From contig CAZDFJ010000005.1 of the NCBI GenBank assembly GCA_964504875.1, positions 23,225 to 87,224 on the forward strand: a DNA stretch of 64,000 nt, read 5' to 3'. This DNA comes from an uncultured Burkholderiales bacterium (GTDB lineage Bacteria; Pseudomonadota; Gammaproteobacteria; Burkholderiales; CAZDFJ01). The translations under genes and the position numbers were made by a program. Of the stretch, positions 51,742 through 62,657 are shown piece by piece (the first letter of the stretch is position 1; every line of letters begins with the position of its first letter). A model generated the notes under the pieces. The model searched no databases and was not told the DNA's origin. It saw only the letters and a program-made list of their open reading frames with translations.

Positions 51742-53175
51742 TTAACCCTTAGCCAAATACCCTAATCCATTACTTAATGCAACACAAATCTGTTTAAATC
51801 CACTATAAGCATCTTCGTCTAGTGGCAAAGGATTGTTCAAACGATCTGCGTAGATAAATCCTACAGGGTGCTGTCGGACGTAAAGAGACATCGCAAAAAA
51901 ACCTTGTGAGCCAATAATGGGTTTCAATTCAGGCGAAATCAGGGGCATAAATTTTTGGCGATTGGTTTCATGCAGCCATAAGCCTTGTGGCTTTGTCATC
52001 ACCCGCGCAAAAAGATTTTGATCTTCCAAATGAAACTCAAATTGATGGAGTTTTAAACGCTCTTCTTCAACCATAGTACGAACATATTTAGCTTTAATTC
52101 GTTTTCGGTCAGACGTAATCAAACAAAAGACCACACGATTTAGACCTAAACCCTCTTTCATCCCTGTCAACGCGATATCAACCATTTGATTTAACGTCAA
52201 TGAATGATCAGAATGCGTTTTAATAGATTGAATAGTTTCTTCAATGACATGAGGATGCGGACGAAGAAGAAAAGCTTCTTCTTCCTCTTCTTCGGGCCAC
52301 AAACCGGGCAACATCGGCAACCACGCGGCCGCGGCTGGAGTTTGGTACCATTCCCATTGGCGGGCCGCACGCACTGCTGTTGCATGCACTTGGGTGGTCA
52401 CTTCATCAATAGAAATACGTAGAACGGCGGCAACCAATGCGAGCATAGATTGAATCTCTGGACGATACCAACCTTTTTCAGCATGCCGCGCAATGGATAA
52501 GGCTAAATCAAGTCCAATCACCCGCGGCCGCATCATATTTTCTTGATCTAAAAACGCCCGTAATAATTCAGGAAGTTGCCAGGCTTCAGCGAGTTTTTGC
52601 TGAATATCTGTAATTAAGCAGCCTAATGTTTCACGTTGCGCTTGTTCGTAAGGAACCAGATTTTTTTGCCAAATTGTTTCAAGATGAATCATATATTCTG
52701 GAAAGTACGCCCACAATAAGGGTTCACCCATACTACAAAAAAGGGCCGCGACAAAGACCTCTTCAGCGCGTACATCTTGTCGCAAAATGGCTAATTCCCA
52801 AGCTTGATAAGCCGCATGATAACTGCAAAAAAGCGTACGACGAATTCCCGCCAAAATATCAGGCTTGTCTTGATAGCGAGTTTCAATCGTCGGCAGATCG
52901 GTATAACGATCAAAAAATTGTTTAATGCCTAACATCATTACGGCATGTTCAATTGTTGTAATATCCGTATCAAACCGATTATGCACGCTTGTATTTGCAT
53001 CGCGCAAAATACGAATGGTCAAAAAAGGGTCATGCAAGACAGCACTTGATATTTGTCCCGCAGAAATTTGTTCAGGGTTGCTTGCCAAATCCCGAAGCGT
53101 TTGAAGGGAATGCTCTAATACTGGCAAATCGGCATCTTTTAATTCGTCAACCCATTGTTCGATAGTTTTGGACAT
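51742..53175 (-). CDS. HDOD domain protein with C-terminal GAF-like domain
   Basis: N-terminal HDOD-like region (LPVLEHSLQTLRDL...ISSAVLHDPFLTIRILRDANS). The C-terminal roughly 150 aa is GAF-like. Start moved to ATG 53175. Confidence 0.7.
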   Translation of the reverse strand: MSKTIEQWVDELKDADLPVLEHSLQTLRDLASNPEQISAGQISSAVLHDPFLTIRILRDANTSVHNRFDTDITTIEHAVMMLGIKQFFDRYTDLPTIETRYQDKPDILAGIRRTLFCSYHAAYQAWELAILRQDVRAEEVFVAALFCSMGEPLLWAYFPEYMIHLETIWQKNLVPYEQAQRETLGCLITDIQQKLAEAWQLPELLRAFLDQENMMRPRVIGLDLALSIARHAEKGWYRPEIQSMLALVAAVLRISIDEVTTQVHATAVRAARQWEWYQTPAAAAWLPMLPGLWPEEEEEEAFLLRPHPHVIEETIQSIKTHSDHSLTLNQMVDIALTGMKEGLGLNRVVFCLITSDRKRIKAKYVRTMVEEERLKLHQFEFHLEDQNLFARVMTKPQGLWLHETNRQKFMPLISPELKPIIGSQGFFAMSLYVRQHPVGFIYADRLNNPLPLDEDAYSGFKQICVALSNGLGYLAKG

Positions 53176-53180
53176 AATGA

Positions 53181-54053
53181 TTATAGTATCTCTGATTTTT
53201 TTATATGCCAAATGTACAATTTAGAATGATGAAAATCCTCAATTAGGATCACCTCATCTGGCTCAATATCTGGGATAATAAAGCTATTACTAATAAAGAT
53301 TGTTCCCGGGCGCATTTCTCGATTGACTTTCTCCCAAAGTTGGATCATGGGCGCAGGAGAAAGATACGCATAGACAATATCATACTGTTGCAAATTTTGT
53401 TTCCAAAAATCACCCCATAGTATTTTAACGTTTTTTATGGAAAACGTGTTAAGTTTTGCAATTAAAAAGGGGATTGGGGCATGCTCAATTCCCGTGTGCT
53501 GAATACGTGTGAATTGCTTTCCTAAAAAACGGACGACCGTTCCTGTTCCTGCGCCAACATCTAAAAATTGACAAGGAGTCTTCTCTTCGGGACTGTTGGT
53601 AATGCTATATGTCATTAAATAATCCGCAAGCGCTTCTCGCGCTAAATGACTGGTTAAATACAACGGCACGCGACTGGTAAAAGTTCGCCAATACATTAAA
53701 AATAAAAAACAAAAAACGCCAAAGAACCATAATGGTTCTACGGAAAAAGCATCAGTGGCCATCAGACTGATTGACAATAAGGGCGCAAATAATAAATGAA
53801 TGACTTTCCACCATTGCGGCTGTTCTAAACGGTAGGCCATAAAAAGCGCCAAAAGACCCAAAATAACGCCTTGTTTATAATAAGCTAAATTTTCTCCGAG
53901 TCCCCATTCTAACAGCGGAATAAGAATTCCAAAACCTAAAAAACAGGCAAAGACTTGGACCCATAAAGCAAAATAAACAGGGGAGGGTTCATCTTGTCGA
54001 CGTCTTTGGTGACGCTTTTGAATAAAATCAGATTTCGGGTCATCAGATAGCAT
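53181..54053 (-). CDS. membrane-anchored class I SAM-dependent methyltransferase
   Basis: About four N-terminal hydrophobic helices, then motif I FLDVGAGTGTV. Its start overlaps the prmB stop. Confidence 0.7.
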   Translation of the reverse strand: MLSDDPKSDFIQKRHQRRRQDEPSPVYFALWVQVFACFLGFGILIPLLEWGLGENLAYYKQGVILGLLALFMAYRLEQPQWWKVIHLLFAPLLSISLMATDAFSVEPLWFFGVFCFLFLMYWRTFTSRVPLYLTSHLAREALADYLMTYSITNSPEEKTPCQFLDVGAGTGTVVRFLGKQFTRIQHTGIEHAPIPFLIAKLNTFSIKNVKILWGDFWKQNLQQYDIVYAYLSPAPMIQLWEKVNREMRPGTIFISNSFIIPDIEPDEVILIEDFHHSKLYIWHIKKSEIL

Positions 54054-54976
54054 TAGACTGAGGCTTTAAAGTAATTTTTAAGATCAGCAGCAGTGACCAT
54101 AAAGATCATATCTGAGCCCCCGCTCGTCTCTAACCACACCATAGGCAAATCAAAAAATGCGGCTTCTACAAAGTGGCGATTATGTCCAACTTCTATAATC
54201 AAAAGCCCATTTGTATTGAGATGATTTGGTGCGGCTTTTAAAATGCGTCGAACAATATCCATACCGTCCGCCCCGGCCTCTAATGCTAAAGCAGGTTCGT
54301 GTAAATATTCTTTTGGAAGACGCGCCATGCTTTCTAATGTTACATAAGGAGGGTTACTAATAATGACATCATATTTATAATTATCAACAGGATCAAAAAG
54401 ATCCCCCTGGTACAGTTGGATTTGTTCTTCTAACAGATATTGATGCACATTACGGGTGGCAATCTCTAAGGCTTCTGGAGAAATATCAATAGCATGCACA
54501 TTCGCATTGGGAAAAGCTTCAGCAGCAATAATGGCCAAGCAACCTGATCCGGTACATAAATCTAACACTGCATAAATCCCATCCGGATCAGTAATCCATG
54601 GAATCAGTTGCTCGCGCAATAATTCCGCAATAAAAGAGCGGGGAATAATCACGTTTTTATTCACATAAAAACAGTAATCCCCTAGCCAGGCTTCATTTGT
54701 CAAATAAGGCGCCGGAATGCGTTCTTGAATACGCCGCTGTAACATTGCATATACGCTTTCTTTTTCAGTATCCAAAAGCGTTGCATCGAGCATTGTATCC
54801 AACAATTCGAGAGGAAGATTCAGCGTAAAAGAAATTAAATAAACTGCTTCGTCATAGGCATTAGTGGTTCCATGCCCAAAGTGAAGTTGTGCCTTGTTAA
54901 ATTCTGTGACGGCATAACGTACAAAATCACGGATGGTTGTCAATTGCATATAAAATTGTGGATGAGATTGTGACAT
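54053..54976 (-). CDS. prmB: 50S ribosomal protein L3 N5-glutamine methyltransferase
   Basis: FGHGT N-terminal motif, LDLCTGSGCLAI and NPPYV. Confidence 0.85.
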   Translation of the reverse strand: MSQSHPQFYMQLTTIRDFVRYAVTEFNKAQLHFGHGTTNAYDEAVYLISFTLNLPLELLDTMLDATLLDTEKESVYAMLQRRIQERIPAPYLTNEAWLGDYCFYVNKNVIIPRSFIAELLREQLIPWITDPDGIYAVLDLCTGSGCLAIIAAEAFPNANVHAIDISPEALEIATRNVHQYLLEEQIQLYQGDLFDPVDNYKYDVIISNPPYVTLESMARLPKEYLHEPALALEAGADGMDIVRRILKAAPNHLNTNGLLIIEVGHNRHFVEAAFFDLPMVWLETSGGSDMIFMVTAADLKNYFKASV

Positions 54977-55024
54977 ATTTACGTCTTGTAAGTTATTATT
55001 AATGATAATCATGCTAATGATGAC

Positions 55025-56182
<1,158 letters not shown>

Positions 56183-56275
56183 TCAATCAATTCAATTAAA
56201 TAATTTTATTTCAGAATAAGATTATAACTTTTTCATGCTAAAAATTCAAAAATAGCGACAGATTCGTGTTTAGAT

Positions 56276-57055
56276 TTAGTCATAAAAGTATTCTTGACCC
56301 GCATCGGTCGTCACATAATGTGTTACAAGGGGGGCTTCTTTTTCCCATTGATGGACAAAAAATCCTGCGGGATCCAGCGCGTATCCGAGCGATTTTTTCA
56401 CAGGAGGCTTTCCTAAATCTAGCACAATTTGATGCGCAGGAGAAGGCGCGACAAGACAAGGTTTCCCGCCAAAAGTGGTATAAATAGCACGATGGGCATG
56501 CCCACACACAATCCCAACAATCTGCGTATGCCGTGCTACCACTTGCGCGAGTAATTCCGGTTGCTGTAGGCCAATTTCATCCATAAAACTCATCCCTGTG
56601 GCAAACGGAGGATGATGAAAGGCAATCAAGGTCGGCTGAGAGTGCTGTGCTAATTGGGCGTCAAGCCACGCTAATCTTGCCTCATCAAATTGTCCCATTT
56701 CTTGATTAACAATATGACTATCTAACAAAATAATCCGTAATGGAAAATTTTCGATCACTTCATTGCTTTGAGTATATTCAGGAAAAACAGCTTGTAAAGC
56801 TTGCAAATGATCATGATTACCTAATGTAAAATAATACGGACAAGGCAAGGGCGCCAGCAAAGTACGAAGATATGCATATTCTTCAATGCGGCCCCGATTG
56901 ACTAAATCTCCCGTGATTAACACACAATCTGGAGGACACATCAATTGGCCAATGCGCTGGACCGCTCTTTTGAGCGCGGCGGCAGTATCTACCAGACCGT
57001 AAAGCATTTGGCCTTCAGGAACAATATGTAAATCACTCAATTGAACAATCAACAT
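56276..57055 (-). CDS. metallophosphoesterase, CpdA-like cyclic-nucleotide phosphodiesterase
   Basis: LSDLH, ITGDLVNRG, LGNHD, HHPP and CGHAH motifs. SD GGAGAAAAATCATG supports the start at 57055. Confidence 0.8.
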   Translation of the reverse strand: MLIVQLSDLHIVPEGQMLYGLVDTAAALKRAVQRIGQLMCPPDCVLITGDLVNRGRIEEYAYLRTLLAPLPCPYYFTLGNHDHLQALQAVFPEYTQSNEVIENFPLRIILLDSHIVNQEMGQFDEARLAWLDAQLAQHSQPTLIAFHHPPFATGMSFMDEIGLQQPELLAQVVARHTQIVGIVCGHAHRAIYTTFGGKPCLVAPSPAHQIVLDLGKPPVKKSLGYALDPAGFFVHQWEKEAPLVTHYVTTDAGQEYFYD

Positions 57056-57105
57056 GATTTTTCTCCGCACAAGATTAGTGTAAACACAATGAAAAGGTTA
57101 CGTGA

Positions 57106-58062
57106 TTAAACAGGCTGGGTGAAATATTTTCGCAGTGTTTTTCCCTCTAACATAAAGACTAAATCATGACCGCGTGATGTGTTAATCCACTTTAATGCAA
57201 GGCCCGGATAAGCGGCCTCAATGCGCGCGCGATTTTCTGGTAGACCTACATCAAAAAGTAAGGCGCCATTCGCTTTCAAATGCGCGACCGCCCCTGTTAA
57301 AATGCGTTCAACAAAAGTTAACCCGCCCGTCCCGGCATCTAATGCATGTGCTGGCTCATAGCCAAATTCAGGCGGTAAAGCGGCCATTTCTTCAGAAGGT
57401 ACATACGGCGGATTAGCTAAAATCAAATCAAATTTTTGAGTGGCTTTCAGGGGAGAAAATAAATCGCCTCGATATAATTTTACATTGTCCCCCAAGGCAT
57501 AACTTTCACATTGTTCTTTTGCGAGCGCAACCGCTTTAGGATCGATATCAATGGCGTGAACTTTTGCGAGATAGCAGCATTGGGCTGCAAAAACCGCTAA
57601 AGCACCACAGCCTGTACATAAGTCGAGCACTGACTTGAGCGCATCACTTTCTCGATCCCATGGAATCAATTCTTCTTGAAGAATTTCCGCAATCGGCGAC
57701 CGTGAAATCGCAACATGTTCATTGAGGGTAAAACCGTAATCTTCAGCCAAGACGGTGTTGCCTAAAATATAAGGCAAGGGTTTGCGTGCTTCTAACCGTT
57801 GTTGAAATATCTCCAGGATTTTTTCAGCCACTTCAGGGCTAATTTCATCTTCTTCGTAATATTCAAAAAAATCTGTTGGTTTATCCAAGACGGTCGAGAC
57901 GATTTCAATGGCTTCTTCTTCAGCATTCATAGGGCGATGAAAAACCAAATTGACATAGTCCACTAAGGTGCCATGCCCAAAATATAAGCCCCGTGTTTCT
58001 GCTTCTTGCACAAAATAATCAAGGTAATCACCGACTGTTTTTAGAGAGGAAATTTCTGTCAT
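57106..58062 (-). CDS. PrmB-like N5-glutamine methyltransferase paralog
   Basis: Collinear with 54053-54976 (FGHGT, VLDLCTGCGALAV, LILANPPYVPSEEM) but with an acidic insertion DKPTDFFEYYEEDEISPE. SD ACAGGAGTACAAAGATG. Confidence 0.75.
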   Translation of the reverse strand: MTEISSLKTVGDYLDYFVQEAETRGLYFGHGTLVDYVNLVFHRPMNAEEEAIEIVSTVLDKPTDFFEYYEEDEISPEVAEKILEIFQQRLEARKPLPYILGNTVLAEDYGFTLNEHVAISRSPIAEILQEELIPWDRESDALKSVLDLCTGCGALAVFAAQCCYLAKVHAIDIDPKAVALAKEQCESYALGDNVKLYRGDLFSPLKATQKFDLILANPPYVPSEEMAALPPEFGYEPAHALDAGTGGLTFVERILTGAVAHLKANGALLFDVGLPENRARIEAAYPGLALKWINTSRGHDLVFMLEGKTLRKYFTQPV

Positions 58063-58201
58063 CTTTGTACTCCTGTTTGTCATCAAAGGAAAATGCTTTC
58101 ATCATCCTATGGCCTTTCCTAAAAAGCAATGGGCGAATTATAAAAATTTTTCTAGTGTGAAAAAAAGTTGACTTTTAGCAAAAAGTATTATTAATTCAAA
58201 C

Positions 58202-58234
58202 AAAAAAAACCTCCCTATATAGAGAGGTTTTTTT
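58202..58234. terminator. bidirectional rho-independent terminator after purL
   Basis: A8, then acctccct-atat-agagaggt (one mismatch), then T7. Confidence 0.75.
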
Positions 58235-58249
58235 ATTCAAAATGAAAAA

Positions 58250-61200
58250 CTAGCCCAACCAAACCCGCGCATTTTCAAACATGCGCAACCATGCACCCCG
58301 TTCTTGCCACGTATCTGGATGCCAACTATGCTGGACTGTCCGGAAAACACGCTCGGGATGCGGCATCATAATAGTCACCCGTCCATCTTGAGAGGTCACC
58401 CCAGCTAATCCTGTTGGCGAACCATTAGGATTAAAGGGGAAACGTTCTGTGGCCGTTTTCGTGCGTGGATCAATATAACGCAAGGCAATATTGACGTTAT
58501 CTAAATCAAGAGCATGTTGAAACTCAGCTCGTCCCTCACCGTGAGCAATGACAATTGGCATTTGACTGCCTGCCATCCCTTGTAAGAATACAGAGGGACT
58601 TTCTGGCACTTCCACCATGACAAAACGCGCTTCAAATTGTTCTGAATCATTCCGCATAAATCGAGGGAAATGCGCCGCACCAGGAATTAAATCTTTCAAT
58701 TGGGCCATCATTTGACATCCATTGCATACCCCTAAGCTAAACGTATCATTTCGCTGGAAGAACTGTGCAAATTCATCCCGGGCTTTAGGATGGAATAAAA
58801 TTGATTTTGCCCAGCCTTCCCCTGCACCAAGCACATCCCCATAAGAAAACCCGCCGCAAGCCACTAAACCTTTAAAGTCTGCTAATCCTACTTGACCTGT
58901 GAGAATATCATGCATGGTCACATCAACAGGACTAAAGCCAGCGCGTTCAAAAGCCGCCGCCATTTCAACTTGTCCATTGACCCCTTGCTCGCGCAAGATA
59001 GCAACAGGGGGGCGAACGCCCGTTTGCACAAATGGCGCCGCCACTTCCGCATTGATATCATAACTTAATTCAGCATAGAGGGCCGTATCCCGCTCACCCA
59101 CAATTTCAAATTCTTCTTCTGCGCAACTCGGATTATCCCGTAATGCTTGTAATCGATAACTCGTTTCAGTCCATGTTTTTTGTAACGCGTGATAAGGTTC
59201 GCTAAAGATAACTTGATTGTTCATAATAATACTAATTTTATCGACATCTTGTGTGATAAAACCAAGTACACCCGCTGTTAAATTGGCTTGTTTCGCGGCC
59301 TCAATAAAAGCCTTGACTTCTTCTTCATATAATTGAACAACGGCGCCGAGTTCTTCACTAAATAATTGTCCTAATGCATTTTCAGCATGAGGTAAAACAA
59401 TATTCACACCCACTTGTCCCGCAAAAACCATTTCTGCAATTGTCACAAAGAGACCGCCATCTGAACGATCGTGATAGGCTAATAATCGTCCTTGCGCATT
59501 CCAAGATTGAATTAATTCAAAAAAGGCTTTAAGCTGCGCCGGTTGATCAATATCGGGCGCGTCATTGCCTAATTGTTGATACACTTGCGCGAGGGCAGAA
59601 CCGCCTAAACGATTTTTGCCATTTCCTAAGTCAATGTAAACTAATTGAGTGGCTTTTTCTGGAGTTTGTAAAACAGGCGTGAGGGTTTTGCGGACATCGA
59701 CTACCGGTGCAAAAGCTGAAATAATTAATGAAACGGGAGCGGTGACGGCTTTTTCGATTTCATCTTCCCGCCAAACCGTTTTCATTGACATGGAATCTTT
59801 CCCGACCGGAATGCTTAAACCCAATTGTGGGCACAATTCCAGACCAATGGCTTCGACCGTCTCATATAGATTCGCATCTTCACCGGGATGACCGGCCGGG
59901 GCCATCCAATTTGCAGATAATTTTACGCGGGTCAAGTCGGCGTCCACGACCGCAGCGGCGGCTAAATTGGTGAGGGCTTCCGCAATAGCCATCCGTCCGG
60001 ATGCTGGGCCATTAATTAATGCAAGGGGAGTCCGTTCGCCCATGGTCATGGCTTCCCCCGCATAGCCATAAAATCCCAAATTGGTCACCGCTACATCCGC
60101 CACGGGAATTTGCCACGGTCCCACAAATTGATCCCGGGCTGTTAATCCTCCTACTGTCCGATCACCAATATTAATCAAGAAGGATTTATTCGCTACGGTA
60201 GGCAATGAAAGCACTTTTTGAACCGCTTCACTGAGGTCAATACCTGTTGGGTCAAAAGCAGGCAAATCAGGTGAAACATGAGTGACATCCCGCGTCATTT
60301 TGGGGGGATTACCTAATAAGACATCAATGTCCATATTGACGGCATCATTCCCAAAATGTTTATCGTGTAAAACTATTTTTTGCACAGCGGTTGCATGGCC
60401 CACTACAGCAAAAGGACAGCGTTCTCGCTCAGCAAGCTTCGTAAATAAAGCAAGGTCTTTTTCTAAAATGGCCAAAACATAGCGTTCTTGTGATTCGTTA
60501 CACCAAATTTGTAACGGAGTCATCCCGTGTTCTTCAAGATGAATATTGCGGAGTTCAAAATGTCCTCCAACGCCCGCGCCTTCAACGAGCTCAGGAAATG
60601 CATTCGATAATCCGCCGGCACCAATGTCATGAATCGACAAAATAGGATTTTTTTCACCCAGTTGCCAGCAACGGTCAATCACTTCTTGCGCGCGGCGTTG
60701 CATTTCAGGGTTGCTTCGTTGAACAGAATCAAAATCTAAATTTTCTGTATTGGCCCCTGTGTTAATACTACTGGCGGCCCCGCCACCAAGACCGATACAC
60801 ATGCCGGGCCCACCCAATTGAATTAACAAAGCCCCTTCGCTAAATTGTTCTTTATGGGTATGATGATCTTCAATATTGCCAATTCCTCCCGCAATCATAA
60901 TCGGTTTATGATAGCCACGGACTTGTCCCAACACATTTTGTTCAAACGTCCGAAAATAACCAAGTAAATTTGGGCGGCCAAATTCATTATTGAAACTCGC
61001 GCTCCCAATTGGGCCTTCTAACATAATCTGTAAGGCAGAAACAATGCGATTAGGTTTGCCGAAATCAATTTCCCAATCATGTGTAAATTGAGGAATTTTC
61101 AAATTAGAGACACTAAAACCGACAAGTCCGGCTTTTGGTTTTGCTCCTCGGCCAGTCGCTCCTTCATCGCGAATTTCCCCACCCGAACCCGTGGCTGCCC

Positions 61201-62128
61201 CTGGAAAGGGGGCAATGGCCGTAGGGTGATTATGCGTTTCCACTTTCATTAAAATATGGGTAGGGGCCGCGTCAGTATGATAACGATAAACACAATCTTG
61301 TGCGTCTGGATAAAAACGGCGAATCACGCCGCCTTCCATAACCGCAGCATTATCTGAATAAGCGACGACTGTATGTTGTGGTGTGGCTTTATGCGTATTG
61401 CGGATCATGCCAAAAAGACTATATGGTTTTTCTTGGCCATCAATGATCCATTTTGCGTTAAAAATTTTATGTCGACAGTGTTCAGAGTTTGCTTGCGCAA
61501 ACATCATGAGTTCGACATCTGTTGGCGCGCGCTTAATTTTAGCAAATTCACGGGTTAAATAGGCCATTTCATCTGTAGAAAGGGCGAGACCTAAATCACG
61601 ATTCGCTTCTTCGAGTTCACTTAAAGGGACTTCGTCTAATTCTTTGGGAGAATGTTGTTCAAATAATTTTTTTGCAGCATCTGGATTGAAAACAACGGAT
61701 TCCGTCATCCGATCATGTAAGAAGGGCAGGACCGCTTGCTGTTCTTCTTCGGTCAAAAATGAACCATCATTTTTGTGTAAATAAAAGCAAATACCACGCT
61801 CTACTCGAATAATATGATTTAACCCACAATGATGTAAAATATCTGTCGCTTTAGAAGACCATGGTGAAATCGTTCCAAAACGGGGAATGACATAATAACA
61901 GCTTGCTTGTGCCACGCTCGGCGGAAAAACTTGCCGCTCATGAAAATGCAAAATATTTTCTAAATGTTCTTGTTCTGTCGTCGTTAATTTTTGTTGTAAT
62001 GACAGAAAAAAAATTTCTTCACTATAAATTGCATCTAATTTCCCGACTAAATGAGATATTTTTTGTCTTAAATGATTTAGCCGAAATGTTGTGTGCGCCG
62101 CACGCCCTTGTAAAGAAAGAGACAACAT
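58250..62128 (-). CDS. purL: phosphoribosylformylglycinamidine synthase (single-chain large form)
   Basis: 1292 aa with a C-terminal GATase (GVCNGCQMM, HGEGR) and typical FGAM synthase core. Confidence 0.97.
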   Translation of the reverse strand: MLSLSLQGRAAHTTFRLNHLRQKISHLVGKLDAIYSEEIFFLSLQQKLTTTEQEHLENILHFHERQVFPPSVAQASCYYVIPRFGTISPWSSKATDILHHCGLNHIIRVERGICFYLHKNDGSFLTEEEQQAVLPFLHDRMTESVVFNPDAAKKLFEQHSPKELDEVPLSELEEANRDLGLALSTDEMAYLTREFAKIKRAPTDVELMMFAQANSEHCRHKIFNAKWIIDGQEKPYSLFGMIRNTHKATPQHTVVAYSDNAAVMEGGVIRRFYPDAQDCVYRYHTDAAPTHILMKVETHNHPTAIAPFPGAATGSGGEIRDEGATGRGAKPKAGLVGFSVSNLKIPQFTHDWEIDFGKPNRIVSALQIMLEGPIGSASFNNEFGRPNLLGYFRTFEQNVLGQVRGYHKPIMIAGGIGNIEDHHTHKEQFSEGALLIQLGGPGMCIGLGGGAASSINTGANTENLDFDSVQRSNPEMQRRAQEVIDRCWQLGEKNPILSIHDIGAGGLSNAFPELVEGAGVGGHFELRNIHLEEHGMTPLQIWCNESQERYVLAILEKDLALFTKLAERERCPFAVVGHATAVQKIVLHDKHFGNDAVNMDIDVLLGNPPKMTRDVTHVSPDLPAFDPTGIDLSEAVQKVLSLPTVANKSFLINIGDRTVGGLTARDQFVGPWQIPVADVAVTNLGFYGYAGEAMTMGERTPLALINGPASGRMAIAEALTNLAAAAVVDADLTRVKLSANWMAPAGHPGEDANLYETVEAIGLELCPQLGLSIPVGKDSMSMKTVWREDEIEKAVTAPVSLIISAFAPVVDVRKTLTPVLQTPEKATQLVYIDLGNGKNRLGGSALAQVYQQLGNDAPDIDQPAQLKAFFELIQSWNAQGRLLAYHDRSDGGLFVTIAEMVFAGQVGVNIVLPHAENALGQLFSEELGAVVQLYEEEVKAFIEAAKQANLTAGVLGFITQDVDKISIIMNNQVIFSEPYHALQKTWTETSYRLQALRDNPSCAEEEFEIVGERDTALYAELSYDINAEVAAPFVQTGVRPPVAILREQGVNGQVEMAAAFERAGFSPVDVTMHDILTGQVGLADFKGLVACGGFSYGDVLGAGEGWAKSILFHPKARDEFAQFFQRNDTFSLGVCNGCQMMAQLKDLIPGAAHFPRFMRNDSEQFEARFVMVEVPESPSVFLQGMAGSQMPIVIAHGEGRAEFQHALDLDNVNIALRYIDPRTKTATERFPFNPNGSPTGLAGVTSQDGRVTIMMPHPERVFRTVQHSWHPDTWQERGAWLRMFENARVWLG

Positions 62129-62379
62129 AACTATTATTTCCTCAGGTAAAAAATCAAATTTTCCCTCATTTTAGTTGAAATTTCTGAAAATAGGAAAATT
62201 TTCATTGAGAAAGCAAGCAGAATAGGCGGAATCTCACAAGTCTGTATGCTAAAAAAAGCTGAGCGTATATTTTCATGATAACCTAGAGTATAATATTCTG
62301 GGTGTTTAAAACGCATCCAATATTAAGAAAGGTGAGGATTAAACACAACACGCAGACCCGAAAGATCATGCCAGAATGA

Positions 62380-62409
62380 TTGTATCAAGGAAGCCACTTT
62401 TTGTATAAT
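62380..62409 (+). promoter_or_regulatory. candidate sigma70 promoter facing rpoN
   Basis: TTGTAT, then an 18-nt spacer ending in TG, then TATAAT. Consensus match only. Confidence 0.25.
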
Positions 62410-62657
62410 ATGAAAGAAATGCGGAGGAACATTTTTTTCAAACGATGGCATTTTTACTATCTGATAAATCAAAATATTTTCAAAATTAGGGTAAAATCGT
62501 TAGTTTACTATCTTATTTTTGGTTTAATTTGTTAAATCTATCAAAAAAAATTGAACAAAAAAGCTTGTAGGAAAAAAAGCGGGGCGCGAGAATCCTTGAC
62601 AAAAATAGAGACAGAAAATAACAAAAAGTAGTTTTTTTACTGGTTACGGCACCAACT

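Noticed and set aside
62411-62536. 41-codon hydrophobic ORF (MKEMRRNIFFKRWHFYYLINQ...) in the purL-rpoN spacer.
   Set aside because: It has no SD and an AT-driven composition, and nothing beyond an open frame supports it.
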